Assembly: GCF_002113885.1 (NCBI RefSeq)
Contig: NW_018404023.1
Span: forward strand, 97,113-161,112
Length of the DNA: 64,000 nucleotides
Reading direction: 5' to 3'
Origin: Mizuhopecten yessoensis
Lineage: Eukaryota
This document shows, piece after piece, positions 52,401 through 64,000 of this stretch. The position numbers and the translations under genes are program-made. Each line of letters starts with the position of its first letter. Within the stretch, counting starts at the first letter, position 1. The notes beneath the pieces were generated by a model. It saw only the letters and a list, made by a program, of their open reading frames with translations. It did no database searches and was not told the DNA's origin.

Positions 52401-55400
52401 AGTCCAAGGACATGAATGTGTACCTCCCATTGATAGTAATACACAAACCTGCCGTCACATCAATATCAGACTAAATGTCCACTTAAATTAAGTCACCACA
52501 CACTTTCACTAGAAATTTGAAATATGTGTTTTCTAAATATTTTGTGCAACTGAAAAAATGTTTACACAAAATACCATCAGCTTGAATGTGTATTTTACTT
52601 CTGTAGTTTCAGCTACCCTGTTTTGACTATTGACCTACTGATATGATACCTGCATTACCATGCTTTGTACTTGCAATCATGGACTATTGAACTATTGGTA
52701 TTCCCAACAGCAGGACCTGTACCTTATTTTGACTACTCAATTACCAATCTGGTACTCACATTAACTCGCTTTAGTTGACTTTTAACCTATGGGTATTCAT
52801 ATAAGCAGGCCTTGTACCTGATACTGACTAAACAGTACTGACACACATGCACTTGCATTCATATTGATGACTGAATGTACTTGGAGTTGCAGGCCTTGTA
52901 ATCACTTGTAAAGGTCTTTGATGATGGTACTCAAATTCACATGCCTTGTACTCAGAGGTTGACCACAGGTACTCTAATTGTACATGCCTTGTACTCAATA
53001 TTGACTAAGCAGATATTCATACTGGCAGGCCTTAATGTATCCTGTTTTGACTAATGACCTACTGATATGGTACTCAAATTCACATGCCATGTACTCGGTG
53101 ACTAAATGTACTCAAATTGGCAGGCCTTGTACTCCGAGGGTGACCAAATGTACTCAAATTGGCAGGCCTTGTACTCTGAGGGTTCCCAAATGAACTCAAA
53201 TTGGCAGGCCTTGTACTCTGAGGGTTACCAAATGAACTCAAATTGGCAGGCCTTGTAGATACTCACTATTGACTAGGTATCCATACTGGCAGGCCTTACA
53301 AATGTATACATCCTCTTTGACTAACGACCTACTGATACGGTACTCACATTCACACACCTTATAATCACTGTTACTCTACAGATATTCATACTGGCAGGCC
53401 TTGTATCTTGTTTTGACTAATTACTTACTGATATACGGTACTCACATTCACACACCTAATAATCACTGTTACTCTACAGATATTCATACTGGCAGGCCTT
53501 GTATCCTGTTTTGACTAATGACTTACTGATATATCGTACTCACATTCACAAGCCTTATAATCTACAGATAGGCCTTGACTACTGGCTAATAACCTTGAAG
53601 GGATACTCATATTGGCAAGTTTTGTACGAACTCTACAACTATGGATACTCACATTGGCATGCTTTGTTGTTTGATGACTCTGAGATTCGGAGATCCATCT
53701 CGTGGTATTCTAGGGCCTTGTCGTAATCGCCCATCTGTTGGTACACTCCGCCCAGGCCACACGCAGCCTCGCCTTCACACATCTGATCGTTCATCTCCGT
53801 GGCAATCGTCAGCTGATGCTGCAGACATGCGATGGCCTGCTCAAAGTTACCCAGCAGGCTGTGCAAACAACCAAGCTCTCCGTAAGCCGAGGCCTTGGCT
53901 GTGCAACTGTTGAGTTCATGAGCAACGACAAGTCGCTTCTCAAAACACACCAGGGCTTGTTGTAGGTTTCCCACTGCCCTGTGGGCATTACCCAGACCTC
54001 TGTATGCTTTGTCCTGGTCAGAGAGATTGTTCGTCTGCTGTGATATTGCTAAATACTGGTTGTGACATTTTATAGATTCTTCGAAATCTCCAAGTGCTTC
54101 GTAACAATCACCAAGGTTACCAAGAGCTCGACCTTTGTCATGGTTACTGAAAATGCCATTGACCTGTTCAAGCATGGCTAGCTGCTGCTCGAACTGACCA
54201 ATGGCGTCCTCATACATTCCCATGTTCATCTTAGTGATGCCTAAGTTACCGGAGGCTTGCGCCTCTAAAGCACTGTCTTGTAGCTCCCGACTTTTCTCAA
54301 GTTGTTCTTCGTAACACTTAAATGCATTTTGATAATTCCCAAGTGACATATGAACATTTCCGATGTTTCCATGTGCACGACATTCACCGCGTAGGTCACT
54401 CATGTCCTGTCGTATAGAAAGTTCCTGCGTGTGATAACCAAGGGACTTATCAAATTGCCCCAACACCCGATGTGCCGCCCCCAGGGCCCCGTAGGCCCCG
54501 CCTAGGAGGTCCTTACTATTGCATTGTTTGGCAAGAAGTAGTTGCTGGTTATAAATTTTGATTGCTTCTGCAGTTTCACCAGTCTTTAGAGTAATATCAC
54601 CAATATTGCCGAGTGCCCTGAAAATTCCCTTGGTGTTTTTCATGCTTTTCATCATTGTTAAACACTTTTTCTGGCACTCCAAAGCATCCTCAAAGTTTTT
54701 AAGTGCAGTATGGGCCAGCCCCAGATTACAGTAGGCTCTGGCAATGCCCATCTGGTCTTTAAGTTCCCTAGCGATTGATAAATCCTGTTCGTAATATCTC
54801 ACAGCCTCCAAATGGTTACCAAGTGCGAAATGAGCATATCCCAGACTAAAACAGGCTTTCGCCTCACCCTCGGAATCTAATAGCTCCTGAGCAAGGTTCA
54901 GGTATTCCTCGAAATATTTCACAGCACTTCCATGGTTTCCACGTGAACTGTGGTAGTTGCCAAGGTTACAGAGGGCCTTGGCCTCACTGACTGTGTCTTT
55001 AAGTTCGCGGGAGATACTAAGGTGTGCGGTGTAGTGCTGTAGGGCTTTGTCGTAGCTCCCTATAGACTGGTATGCCACGGCTAGGTTACCGTGGGTTGTA
55101 CCCTCCGAGTGGCGGTCATTCACTTCAGACGAAATGTTTAACTCCTGTCTATGGTATTTGATCGCTTGTTCAAATGACCCCATAGCACAAAACGCGTTAC
55201 CAAGGTTACCAGATGCACGACCCTGACTAGCACGATCACCAAGATTCTTGGCTATTTTTAAATGCACTTCATGTAACTTTAGAGCCGATTTGTGGTCCTC
55301 CAACTGATGATATATAATTCCAAGATTTGAGCAAGCACGACCTTCTGCGACCTTGTCCTTGGTCTGAAGGGCATTGTCTAACTGTTTTTCATGGTAACTT

Positions 55401-58400
55401 TTGGCTGTGCTATAGTCCTGCATGCAACGTGCTGCATGACCAAGACCTGCGTAGGCTCGCGCCTCTAATACTTGGTCCGTCTTTGATTCGGCGATTCTCA
55501 ACACATGTTTGTGAAAGGACATCGCTTTTTCGTAGTCTCGTCTATAATGATGGGCACTTCCGAGATTACTGTACGCTCTGGCTTCCTCCGTCGAATTTTT
55601 CAAACTTTTGGCAATTTCTAAATGTTTGTTATGACATTCTATTGCGTGAGCAAACTCTCCCATCGCTAAGTACACTGCACCTGCATTTCCTATTTCACGA
55701 GCCTCTGCCAATTTATCGTGACATTGTTTCATGAGGAATAAACACTGTTTGTGGCTGTTGAGCGCATTGGGGTAGTCACCTATTGCTGTGTACACGTGCC
55801 CAAGACTCCCAAGCGCTGCGGCAGCTGCATCCCGATGCTTCAGTTTCATTGCAAGGGCAAGCTGGAATCTGTGATTGGTCAAAGACTCTTTGTAGTGACC
55901 TTTGGAGAAGTAGGCCGAGCCTAAATTGCTGTGAGCCCGACATTCACCATCTAAGTCACCTGAAAGTAAAAATACACTTGTTAATTTCTTCAAAAGACAT
56001 TTCATAAATAATGTGGGTTTAAAAATTCACCAATTTTTTTTCAAATAAGCTACAATGCATTAAGATTTATATCTTAATAATTTGGGTATGATAGTTTCAT
56101 TATCCTATCTATATATTTAAAAGGGTAGCTCCTTTTTACATCTTTCATATTTCACTATCAAGCTCATGCCACAGTTATCACAGACTAAAGGTCTGTATTC
56201 CTGAAACGCTTTTTTACACATAAAATGCTACAGTTCACTTAAGTTTACTTTTTCTTTTTCCTGCACAAATCTTGTATTGTTTACCGGATGAGGTACCATA
56301 ATTTTCATATTCTGCGTTTCAACAATTTCGGACAAAGTGATATATGATAAGTGCTTGGTCACTTAAATAACCATGATTTTTGAAGAGTAAAATAAAGCGA
56401 TGTTATATCGCTTTAATCTGGTACGCGTGTCTTAAATGTACCTAAAAATCATTGTATCATATATTATTCAAATTTTATTACCGGTACTTGACTTTTCTAT
56501 ATTTACAAGACCATAAAAAAGTACAAATGTGTCGCACCTTTTCAGCTTTAATTGAGCAGGTGAGCAGTAAACTCGTTTGACATTTTAACAAATCTCAATT
56601 TCAAATGTTTATACATTGCTCTGATCTTATAATAGGATATTGAATTAAGGTAATTGTTTAAAGACTATATCACGTTAAACGTGAGCTCTCTGTTGTCAAA
56701 TTTTCTCTAATCGAACACTTCCAAAGGTATTGAACACAGAGCTGACTCACATTAGATTATCCTAATCTCAAAATCTACTGTGCACCCAAAGTAAGAATTT
56801 CAGAAATTCTTCGTGTTTTTTTCTTTTTTAAAGAACAATCAATAAACTTTAAACATTACAATGGTTAACTCAAGTGTCTTTATTAGGAACATTTAATTTG
56901 GAAAAAAATGTAGACAATTCCTGATTGATTTTTCAGATGAGAAAAAGGGTTTTAAAAACTTACTGAACAGTTCAACCCTTTAATTCTATAACATTTGTTT
57001 GAGGGACACAAACTTTTAAAGCAAATTGATTCAATTATCGTAGAGTGGAACTGAGTACAACATGACAGTACAATATCAATGGTTTTTAATGACAGGTGTC
57101 AGACAGGCTTAAATAGTCAAACGAACATCTAGAATTTCACCATTGTCAAAAGTTTTGTCCAAAAGTTGTCACCACCGAAACCTTTTGCCTATATATTCAA
57201 AAGAATATTTCACCCTTTCACCACTGTAGACCATAATGAACTCGTCCATATCAATGCATGGCTGAGTCTACCAAAGTTATATAGGGGTGAAAGGGTTAAA
57301 CAAAGAAAGATACATTTTGATTTATTTATATCCCCGAACAGGAAAACGGAAATAAGTCGTCATTTGTATTACGGGTCTGAACTAGCGTATGAAGTGATCA
57401 CTCCTATCGACATCAGTATCAAAGAAAAGTATTGTCGTCTGCTCGTGTAGTAAAAAGAGGCGCTACCTATTTGTTACATTACCCAGCCACATTACACCAG
57501 CACAAATAAAAACAATGGACTGGAGGTGTGTGTACAGGTACATGTCAGCTAGTTATCGCACCTCCATCTGATCCCAACCCGATTAGTACGGCCTCAATGT
57601 CTATCAGTTTTCATGGCTCGGTTGCTCTGTTTACGGAGATCAGAGGTGTATGAACACGAAGTCAGTTTACCTCATCTTTCACACCAAGGCAAAATAGTAC
57701 TGGACTCTGCGATGTACATTATCCTTACAAAGGAGTATTAACATCCTTTCAGCGCGACTTAAAGTGGAATGTCAATATTTTATGAAATGTATTCCTCTAT
57801 TGACAGTATTTAAAGGAGTATTTTTCTTGCTCTATTTCAACTGTGGAACTTACAACTGTATACATAAATAAGAATGTTTTTAAAGGGAAGACTTCTACAG
57901 ATAATATCCTTAAAACAGATTATTTTTTGCTCTCATGCAAAGTCAGACTTCGTGCTTTGTAAAGCATTCTACGAATTCTTCTCAAGAATGCCTGTGTTTA
58001 CGGAGTAATAAGATTAATGTTTAAACATCTGTGTGATTTTAACAGAGCCGACAATAGGGACCTCATTACGTAAGAATTAGCTCCCTATTGTCCCCGAGTC
58101 ATTCTCTATAGGTACCTTAGGGTATCAAACATTTCTGGAATTTCTGGGGGGAAAAAATAAAGATTTCTGATTTATGCAAATAGGTTCTTATGGAACAAGT
58201 TAAGTGTTAAAGAAATGTGATAATTTTGATGCTCTCTTCTGCTAATTTTGAAATTTATTTAATAATTAGTACAATTTGTATAAGTTGCTGCATTGAGATA
58301 TATGTAAATCTGAATCTTATGAAAGTTATGCTTAAGTATATCTAACAGTAATTAACGTAAAAAGGAATTATTAAATTTTGCAAAAAAGTCTCTTTTATTA

Positions 58401-60837
58401 TATTGTTGCCATGCAAAAACTGAAGTTTCTACTTCAAAACAAGGTAAACAGATATTTTCATACCTCTACCAAAATGTACTAGCCCCCCTTCAACTTTTCT
58501 ATTCTACCCCTAAATATGGATTGGAAATACTTACAGTATTACTATCATAAGTACAGAAACACATTATAACGACAGATTACACATTTCATTGATACAACCA
58601 CGTTTTTATCAACAAGATGGACATTCAAATTACTAGTATACAGTTGACCTGTTTTTACCAATAAGAACGGCAGCGTGTCTAACACGGTCAATGGTCCTGT
58701 ATAGAATTCACGTTACTTACGTACTCACAACTTTCCCTCTCAACAAATACCACACGTCAATGTTAATTTGAATTATATCGACCATAGGTTGACTTGGTTT
58801 TATCTGCGGGACCATCGGGCCATTTTAACGCTCGGGTAGTACACGGTATCGTGATGTAGGGTACATTAAGGTCTACCCTGAATTAACCTACGTAAGTATA
58901 CATACTATCAGTAGGTGTACCTAATTAAACTTAGTACAAGAAATGATTTTAAATAGAGGCTTTGTCAAAAAATTATTTTAAAAATGGACAATTGAAGAAT
59001 AAATACAATGACAAATCATTGTGTGGTCAATTTTTTTGTCCTACATAAAATGACGTATGATGCACTCGATATTTTTACCTTACACAAAATATGAAAATTA
59101 AAATCTCAAACTCTGTTCCACTCTTCAATAGCAGCAAACTCAACATCAGAATAAATTCAATTGAGATTTTTTAAATGGTAAAGAGAAAAGTTCTTGTCCG
59201 TCAAAGTCCACCTGTGTATTAAGACCGTCTGCCTATAGATTCATTCGCCCCTGAAGACACATTTGAACTCTTCCGATTCAAAGGAGGGAATAGTTCATTA
59301 TGAAATTTTAGGGGTAAATAAGTTAAGATCTTCCATGGTTTTTTCTTTCTATAAATTAACTTAACCTCTCCATAAACAGCACCTGTTTTAACAGAAAACC
59401 TGTCTATAACTACTATCCAAAGAATATCTGAATTACTTCCTTCTATAATTTTACTACCTGCCTATAAAGACCTCCTGCCATTTAGACCATTACGCTAACT
59501 CCCTTGGGCAGGCTTTACATTTCAAACTTCAGATTAAGTGAATTGTAACCTTTTTATGGTCTGTGGTTTGAGAAATGAAACATTTGCCCGAAAGCATTAT
59601 GATAATGATGACAACAGTAAAGTTTGATATATCTTACTTAAGTTTTACGCTTCAGAATGCGGGTACATCTGAGAACTGAACCATTTATTGAAGTGTTTGA
59701 CAAGGAGGTTATACAGTCGACACAAAGGACCTGGGGATACAGAGAGACCTTCACATAATAAACTCAGGGGTCCAGAGAAAGGTTCAAATATATAATATTG
59801 ATTCTGTAGATTCAGTGAACGAGAAACAATTATCATGAAAAACGTGATTAACTCAGGGTTCCGGAGTTAGGTTCAAATGGAAAATATTGATTCCCTTGAT
59901 TTAGCGAATAAGTTATCTTTTCCATCAAAAAATCCTATTTTGCAAGTGACTTCTGATTGTGACCTTCACAAATTAGCATTTCATATGACCTTTAGAGATG
60001 ATCTTTAACAGTTGACCTTTCTTATGACCTTCACAGCTCAGTCCTTCGTAAATTTATAATTGGTCACTATGGGTGACCACTAGAGATGACCAGCTGTAGT
60101 TTTACCTACCCAATGACTTAGCCACAGAAAGGTCGTGCTGCATGTTAGTGATTGCCCCGTCAATCTTGCCCATGCCCCAGTACGCACTGCTGAGGGCGGA
60201 GAACACCGACCCCCGAAGCTTGAGGCTGCAGGTTCCGATGGTCAGCGCAGCCTCTAACATTGTCACGGAGGCACTGTAGTGACCCGATGCCAGTAACTCC
60301 TGACCAATCACAGAGATGATAACAAATGGACTTTGGTTGAGTTTTAACTTCTGTAGCTGGTGGAATACTGGCCCCAATTTTTCTGTAAATCATAAAAACA
60401 TCCTGTAAAATTCTTTGTCTGAAATCTTTTGTAAAGAAGGTAATTTTTTTGTTGTATTCTAGAGCCTTAAGTAAATAACTGCCAAAATGAAATTTGGTGC
60501 AGACTTTTTATGTTTAAGATGTTTATTTGTAAATTTAATATTCATCAGTATTTAAGTAAAGGGAGACACATAGACTTACCAGGAGGAGTTATCTCCCTTA
60601 AATTTTATCAACACTGCATACTGCTTATTTTTCACAAATCTTTAATTCTGTGATAGATTTTTATAATTTTTATTGGTGTATAAATTTACCTTTGAGAGGG
60701 GACTTTAAGGCGGTATCCACCAGCCCTGTCAGTAGCTGTGCGTTGCCCGAGTCCTGAGCAAGGCCAGAGGAGAGAGCGGCCAGCGCGTCTCCATGCTGTC
60801 CCAGTTGTTGCAATGCCACGCCCTCCCGCAGGTATGC
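40556..60837 (-). CDS. TTC28: Tetratricopeptide repeat protein 28 (TPR array plus CHAT domain), 5'-partial, 14 exons, 8472 coding nt in the window
   Basis: join of 60690-60837, 60110-60382, 53653-55959, 51218-51358, 50709-50986, 49507-49756, 48919-49087, 47258-48575, 46436-46667, 45760-45836, 45359-45467, 44733-44840, 44218-44429, 40556-43405. All introns are GT-AG and all phases are consistent. Diagnostic motifs: SPFVIISVIGQELL, IGTCSLKLRGSVFSALSSAYW, HFATHLSWKL, PGCHEFLASLG. Confidence 0.95.
44218..44429 (-). CDS. TTC28: TTC28 exon (DTQEAPKSLSVDSSSSLESL...)
   Basis: ttttCAG|AC ... CAG|GTAAGA. Confidence 0.9.
44733..44840 (-). CDS. TTC28: TTC28 exon (GLDLVEVGQDEVTLRLGKQANRRQLQFALQSLVAVF)
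   Basis: ttaCAG|GA ... TTCG|GTGAGT; conserved peptide. Confidence 0.93.
45359..45467 (-). CDS. TTC28: TTC28 exon (MRDILSKM...PGCHEFLASL)
   Basis: ttttaAAG|ATG ... CTAG|GTATGT. Confidence 0.9.
45760..45836 (-). CDS. TTC28: TTC28 exon (GLPPSSLAALSKFLSNYEAGEANIRV)
   Basis: ttaCAG|GA ... GTG|GTAGGT. Confidence 0.9.
46204..46448. repeat. 30-bp minisatellite x8 made of the TTC28 exon/intron donor junction
   Basis: Unit gctatgacaacatacctagaagarcctgtt; the last copy overlaps the exon end at 46436. Confidence 0.95.
46436..46667 (-). CDS. TTC28: TTC28 exon (IEKSLQRIHQG...LQALL)
   Basis: taCAG|ATT ... CTAG|GTATGT. Confidence 0.93.
47258..48575 (-). CDS. TTC28: TTC28 exon encoding the CHAT domain
   Basis: ttctcCAG|A ... 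CTG|GTAAGT; LYQLLIEP, VVGNP, HFATH, LTRALLSAGAQSVLYSLWPV, HPSNWGGW. Confidence 0.95.
48548..48790. repeat. 142-bp-offset duplication of the CHAT exon's 3' splice site
   Basis: cacctttagatgtcagggaagctctggagaaaaa...ctttattttaacagttaacact at about 48553-48620 is repeated at about 48695-48765. Confidence 0.85.
48919..49087 (-). CDS. TTC28: TTC28 exon (GIVKFHEAN...IDNYSS)
   Basis: ttaCAG|GT ... CAAG|GTCAGT. Confidence 0.9.
49507..49756 (-). CDS. TTC28: TTC28 exon (RVLVSLGQHEEAL...WLLTPKQ)
   Basis: ttcCAG|AGG ... CAAG|GTACGG. Confidence 0.93.
50709..50986 (-). CDS. TTC28: TTC28 exon (GRVHHALNN...CYQALQ)
   Basis: ttttactcAAG|GT ... CAG|GTCAGT. Confidence 0.93.
51218..51358 (-). CDS. TTC28: TTC28 TPR exon (CRAYGNLGLSHESL...AYSSL)
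   Basis: gaCAG|GT ... CTAG|GTGAGC; TPR motif. Confidence 0.93.
52620..53667. repeat. Degenerate complex tandem array (includes a 42-bp x4 block at about 53104-53260) derived from the donor junction of the large TPR exon
   Basis: Recurrent (g)tactca(c/a)attggcaggccttgt versus the true junction ggatactcacattggcatgctttgt at 53643-53667. Confidence 0.8.
53653..55959 (-). CDS. TTC28: TTC28 large TPR exon (2307 nt, about 19 40-aa TPR units)
   Basis: ttttactttCAG|GT ... CAAT|GTGAGT; repeated E(G/A)RAxxNLG motifs at about 40-aa spacing. Confidence 0.97.
57209..57299 (-). mobile_element. piggyBac-like MITE subfamily A
   Basis: ttca-ccctttcacc...ggggtgaaaggg-ttaa. Confidence 0.8.
59236..59326 (-). 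mobile_element. piggyBac-like MITE subfamily B
   Basis: tcattcgcccctgaagacacatttgaactcttcc...ggggtaaataag-ttaa. Confidence 0.7.
60110..60382 (-). CDS. TTC28: TTC28 exon (EKLGPVFHQL...VAKSL)
   Basis: ttaCAG|AA ... TTGG|GTAGGT. Confidence 0.94.
60690..60837 (-). CDS. TTC28: TTC28 exon (AYLREGVALQQLG...KSPLK); upstream exons lie outside the window
   Basis: gtttCAG|GCA ... AAAG|GTAAAT. Confidence 0.93.
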
Positions 60838-60903
60838 CTGAAACACATAGAGATAAGCATACATAAGTAAAGGTAGATCTACTATCAAGTTCGATATGGT
60901 CTT

Positions 60904-60994
60904 GGAACTAATTCACCCCTGAATTTTCATAATGAACTATTCCAACTTTTGAATTGGAAGAGTTCAAATGTGTCTTCAGGGGTGAATGAATTAA
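60904..60994 (+). mobile_element. piggyBac-like MITE subfamily B
   Basis: aactaattcacccctga...tcaggggtgaatgaa-ttaa. Confidence 0.75.
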
Positions 60995-62949
60995 AACAGA
61001 TGTATATCTAACCATATCTATATATAAATGTTCCTCTGTCAAACTGCTGCATCACTGTAAGTATTTCTATAGGAAGTATCCGACATATAATCGGAAACTT
61101 ATACACAAACTTTAAAATATTACTTATATGACTGTCACACTGTCAACCACTATTTTCATCTCTGTCCATTTAAAGTGTTCTTTTGGTCAGTTCATTATAT
61201 GAAAAAAGGGTTTAATACCCCATATCATGTCTCAGATTTTGAGCACAAAATGTAAATTTACTGTCTTTTATTTCTTAAAATCACCTGGATAAAACTTGAA
61301 ATTATTTTTTCAGAAACTGTCATGTCATTGACTGGAAGATCTGATATTGTAGTAGAACGCACACAAGAAGGTTATAAAACAGATGCTGGAGTGAAAAGTG
61401 ACACGTTACTACCAATGTGTATACGGGGAAGTAATCGCGAAGACCACCTGGCTCAAACATGACAAGAATAATATGCAGAGTGTTTGCTCTTACATCTGTA
61501 CTCAGGGGAGATAATCCAGACATATTGGTTCACTTTCTACACGCTGAGCTAATTTTCACAAATTTTCACAAATAACGATTCTCAATTATTTTATAATTCA
61601 CTGAGCAAGCACTCTGTGTGAAGATGTGAATCTGAAGACATAATCATGTGTTCGTAATCTTTTTCTTTAGAATTACGCCACATTACGAGAGTATGACCCA
61701 ATCTTCTAGGTTATGTCTGATTGTATCTCCTTGTTTACCTTTCACACTACCCGATATAACTACTTACGCTATCACTTTGTACTAGAAAGATCGTAACTAA
61801 AGCCAAATTGCTTACTAATTAGTAAAGGGAAAAAAACTGTTAAATCAATTTTCTTCTAAAACGAAGATATGGTACTCATTACAGAAAAAAAACTCCACCA
61901 AAAGGGAAAAACTCAACATCCAATTATGATCAAATACATAATGTAAATAAAATGCAAAATAACCTTGGAGTTAACAAAAAGTCACAATAAAACAATCTAT
62001 AACACGTTAATTTTGCAGACAATCCCAAACACTGGAAAAAACCTTCATCTATTACCAAATTAGGCAAGCTTCACCTAATAAAGGAGGCAAAAGTTTTGTC
62101 ATCCGCAAAATTGAGAACACAAGAATTTTACATGAGAATTTGGAGAACTCCATGAAAAAAATGATACTTTGATATTAAATTTCCTTTATAGTAAGTTTTT
62201 TCTTTTTCAGGCTGAATTTTTACAATTAGAAACTTCTGTTACCATGGCAATTATTCAAGGAAAATTAAATAACGAATTGACAAGAAGCTGACCAAAATTG
62301 TGCAGAGTAAACGTTAGACATATCCAAATCTACACAGACGTATCCGCTTCCCTTTGATTTCAGATCCTGTGTTCATCACCTGTGTATCACAGATCCATAT
62401 ACCTTTTAACGTACACTGTGAACGAGGACGTAATCATTACAACCACTTTCAGGTGTTAGGGGCAGATTACGTATTCATTGTCAGGCAATACTGGTGTGTG
62501 TCTTCGGCCCACCCGCTAGTCCCACAAATAAGGACATCAATCTCACATCAATCATTTACAACAGTAAAAAGTTGCATGATGATATTTCAGGATACGTTTA
62601 AATATATATATATACATATTTTTTTATTTATTTATTTAACAATCTGAAATCGGAAGTGGAAGGTTTTGTATATATTTAGCCCCGAGGGTTCAACCTGCAG
62701 CAAAGTTCACGATGACAGTTTTACCTGCGTTAAGTACCAGTGTGATGATTCAATTGCTGGGAAAAACCTGACAGGTAATGACAGATGGATATGTAATAAG
62801 ACAGATGCACAAGTAACGAGTAACGGTTTCAGGTAACATGCACAAGGTTGCAGGTAACATGCAGACGGACGTCTTCATGTGTATAACAGCCAGGTCCGTG
62901 TACAACACAAGAAACCTCAGTAGGAAACCTCAAAGGTCAAGGCTGCAGA

Positions 62950-63042
62950 TTAGCACATTTACACCCCTGAAAACACATTTGAACTCTTCCAATTCAAAGG
63001 TTGGAATAGTTCATTATAAAATTCCAGGGGTGAATGAGTTAA
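62950..63042 (-). mobile_element. piggyBac-like MITE subfamily B
   Basis: cacccctgaaaacacatttgaactcttcc...caggggtgaatgag-ttaa. Confidence 0.75.
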
Positions 63043-64000
63043 CAAGGAACCCATTGCATAAGAGTTGGTACAGGTACCAACACTTGCACTAAACACTGCA
63101 TTTTTGCAAAGTAAGGCTATTTTCACAGGCTCACTTCTTTTCGTGGCAAACGCTAATTTTACATAGCAATAAGCCTTGAGGCCCTAGCTTAAAGTCATTT
63201 GATCAACTTGCCAATTACAAGTCTTCCTAATTTTGAAAGGAAAATTCAGATTTTTAAACTTCGTATGTGTCATTTAAAATAAGCAAATTTCATTTCATCT
63301 GAATAACTTTTTGTTTAAATTCAATTAATTAAATACATAGAACAGCCGAAACTAATGGTATTTTGAAATATTCTTAGACAGGTAATAAATATTTATTTCT
63401 TAACTTCACCTTCAATGAGGAGCTTATATTTCCAGATTTGACAATCAACAGGTGGTTTTATTGCGTACCTTAGCACACCAAGGCTTATCACAGACAATAA
63501 CATTTCTTAACAGCAAAATATACGAGGACTTCAGATCATCTTTTTAGATTTGACAAAACAATCGGTAGACGGTTGAACAGCTGGGTTTTTTAGTCTGTCT
63601 AAGGGTATCCCAACAAAACTAGGTCACAGTGACTTTGTTTCATTCAGGTTTGAACTAGCGCAGTTTTTGGACAAAAAACACTCAGTTTTAGCAAATATCA
63701 TTTACCAGCTAGGGCTGGACCAATTTAATGCCCATGGCAGGTATTCAAACCTCGGCTCTATGTACACAGCTACAGTAGGACATTTTTACATACTGGTCAT
63801 CGACGACCAACCTTTCCCAAGACTACGTACAACACTTATAACCTATGTTTGAACTAAACCAATAACAACTTTGTGATACATTGGTATACCTATAATGATT
63901 ATGTGTCAATACATTGTACTACAATGAACACGTTTTATGCGTAACTCAATCATTCATTTATGCTCCATGAACAAAACCTTTGATGAAATACTTCTGTTCA

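Noticed and set aside
47258-55959. Bacterial TPR-CHAT (Craspase-type) system or horizontal transfer
   Set aside because: The gene has spliceosomal introns, TTC28-specific motifs and no catalytic Cys; it is the ordinary metazoan orthologue.

Overview
AT-rich, intron- and repeat-rich animal genomic DNA; the repeat repertoire suggests a bivalve mollusc (inference). Two spliced genes lie on the minus strand and both run off the window. (1) TTC28: 14 phase-consistent GT-AG exons from 60837 down to the stop at 40556, about 2820 codons in the window. It encodes a TPR array, a CHAT domain lacking the catalytic Cys, a conserved post-CHAT region and a 949-aa low-complexity tail. (2) A secreted protein with coding exons 7607-8464, 5454-5508 and 3100-3190. 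It has a signal peptide, a long P/Q/S/N-rich region and then an astacin-type prodomain motif (SIDEM...VEYDMLITQEE); the two small exons are not in the ORF track. Between the genes are about 32 kb of decayed LINE fragments (RTE, CR1, Tx1/L1, Penelope-like), SINEs, MITEs, a Helentron-associated (HINE-like) element spanning a 712-N gap, and minisatellites. The most striking observation is that tandem arrays are repeatedly built from the genes' own exon-intron junctions. The >3 kb 21-bp satellite at 1-3110, a 30-bp array at 46204-46448 and a degenerate array at about 52620-53667 each amplify a functional 5' splice site, and a 3' splice site is duplicated at 48548-48790. All calls come from reading the sequence by eye; no database searches were run.
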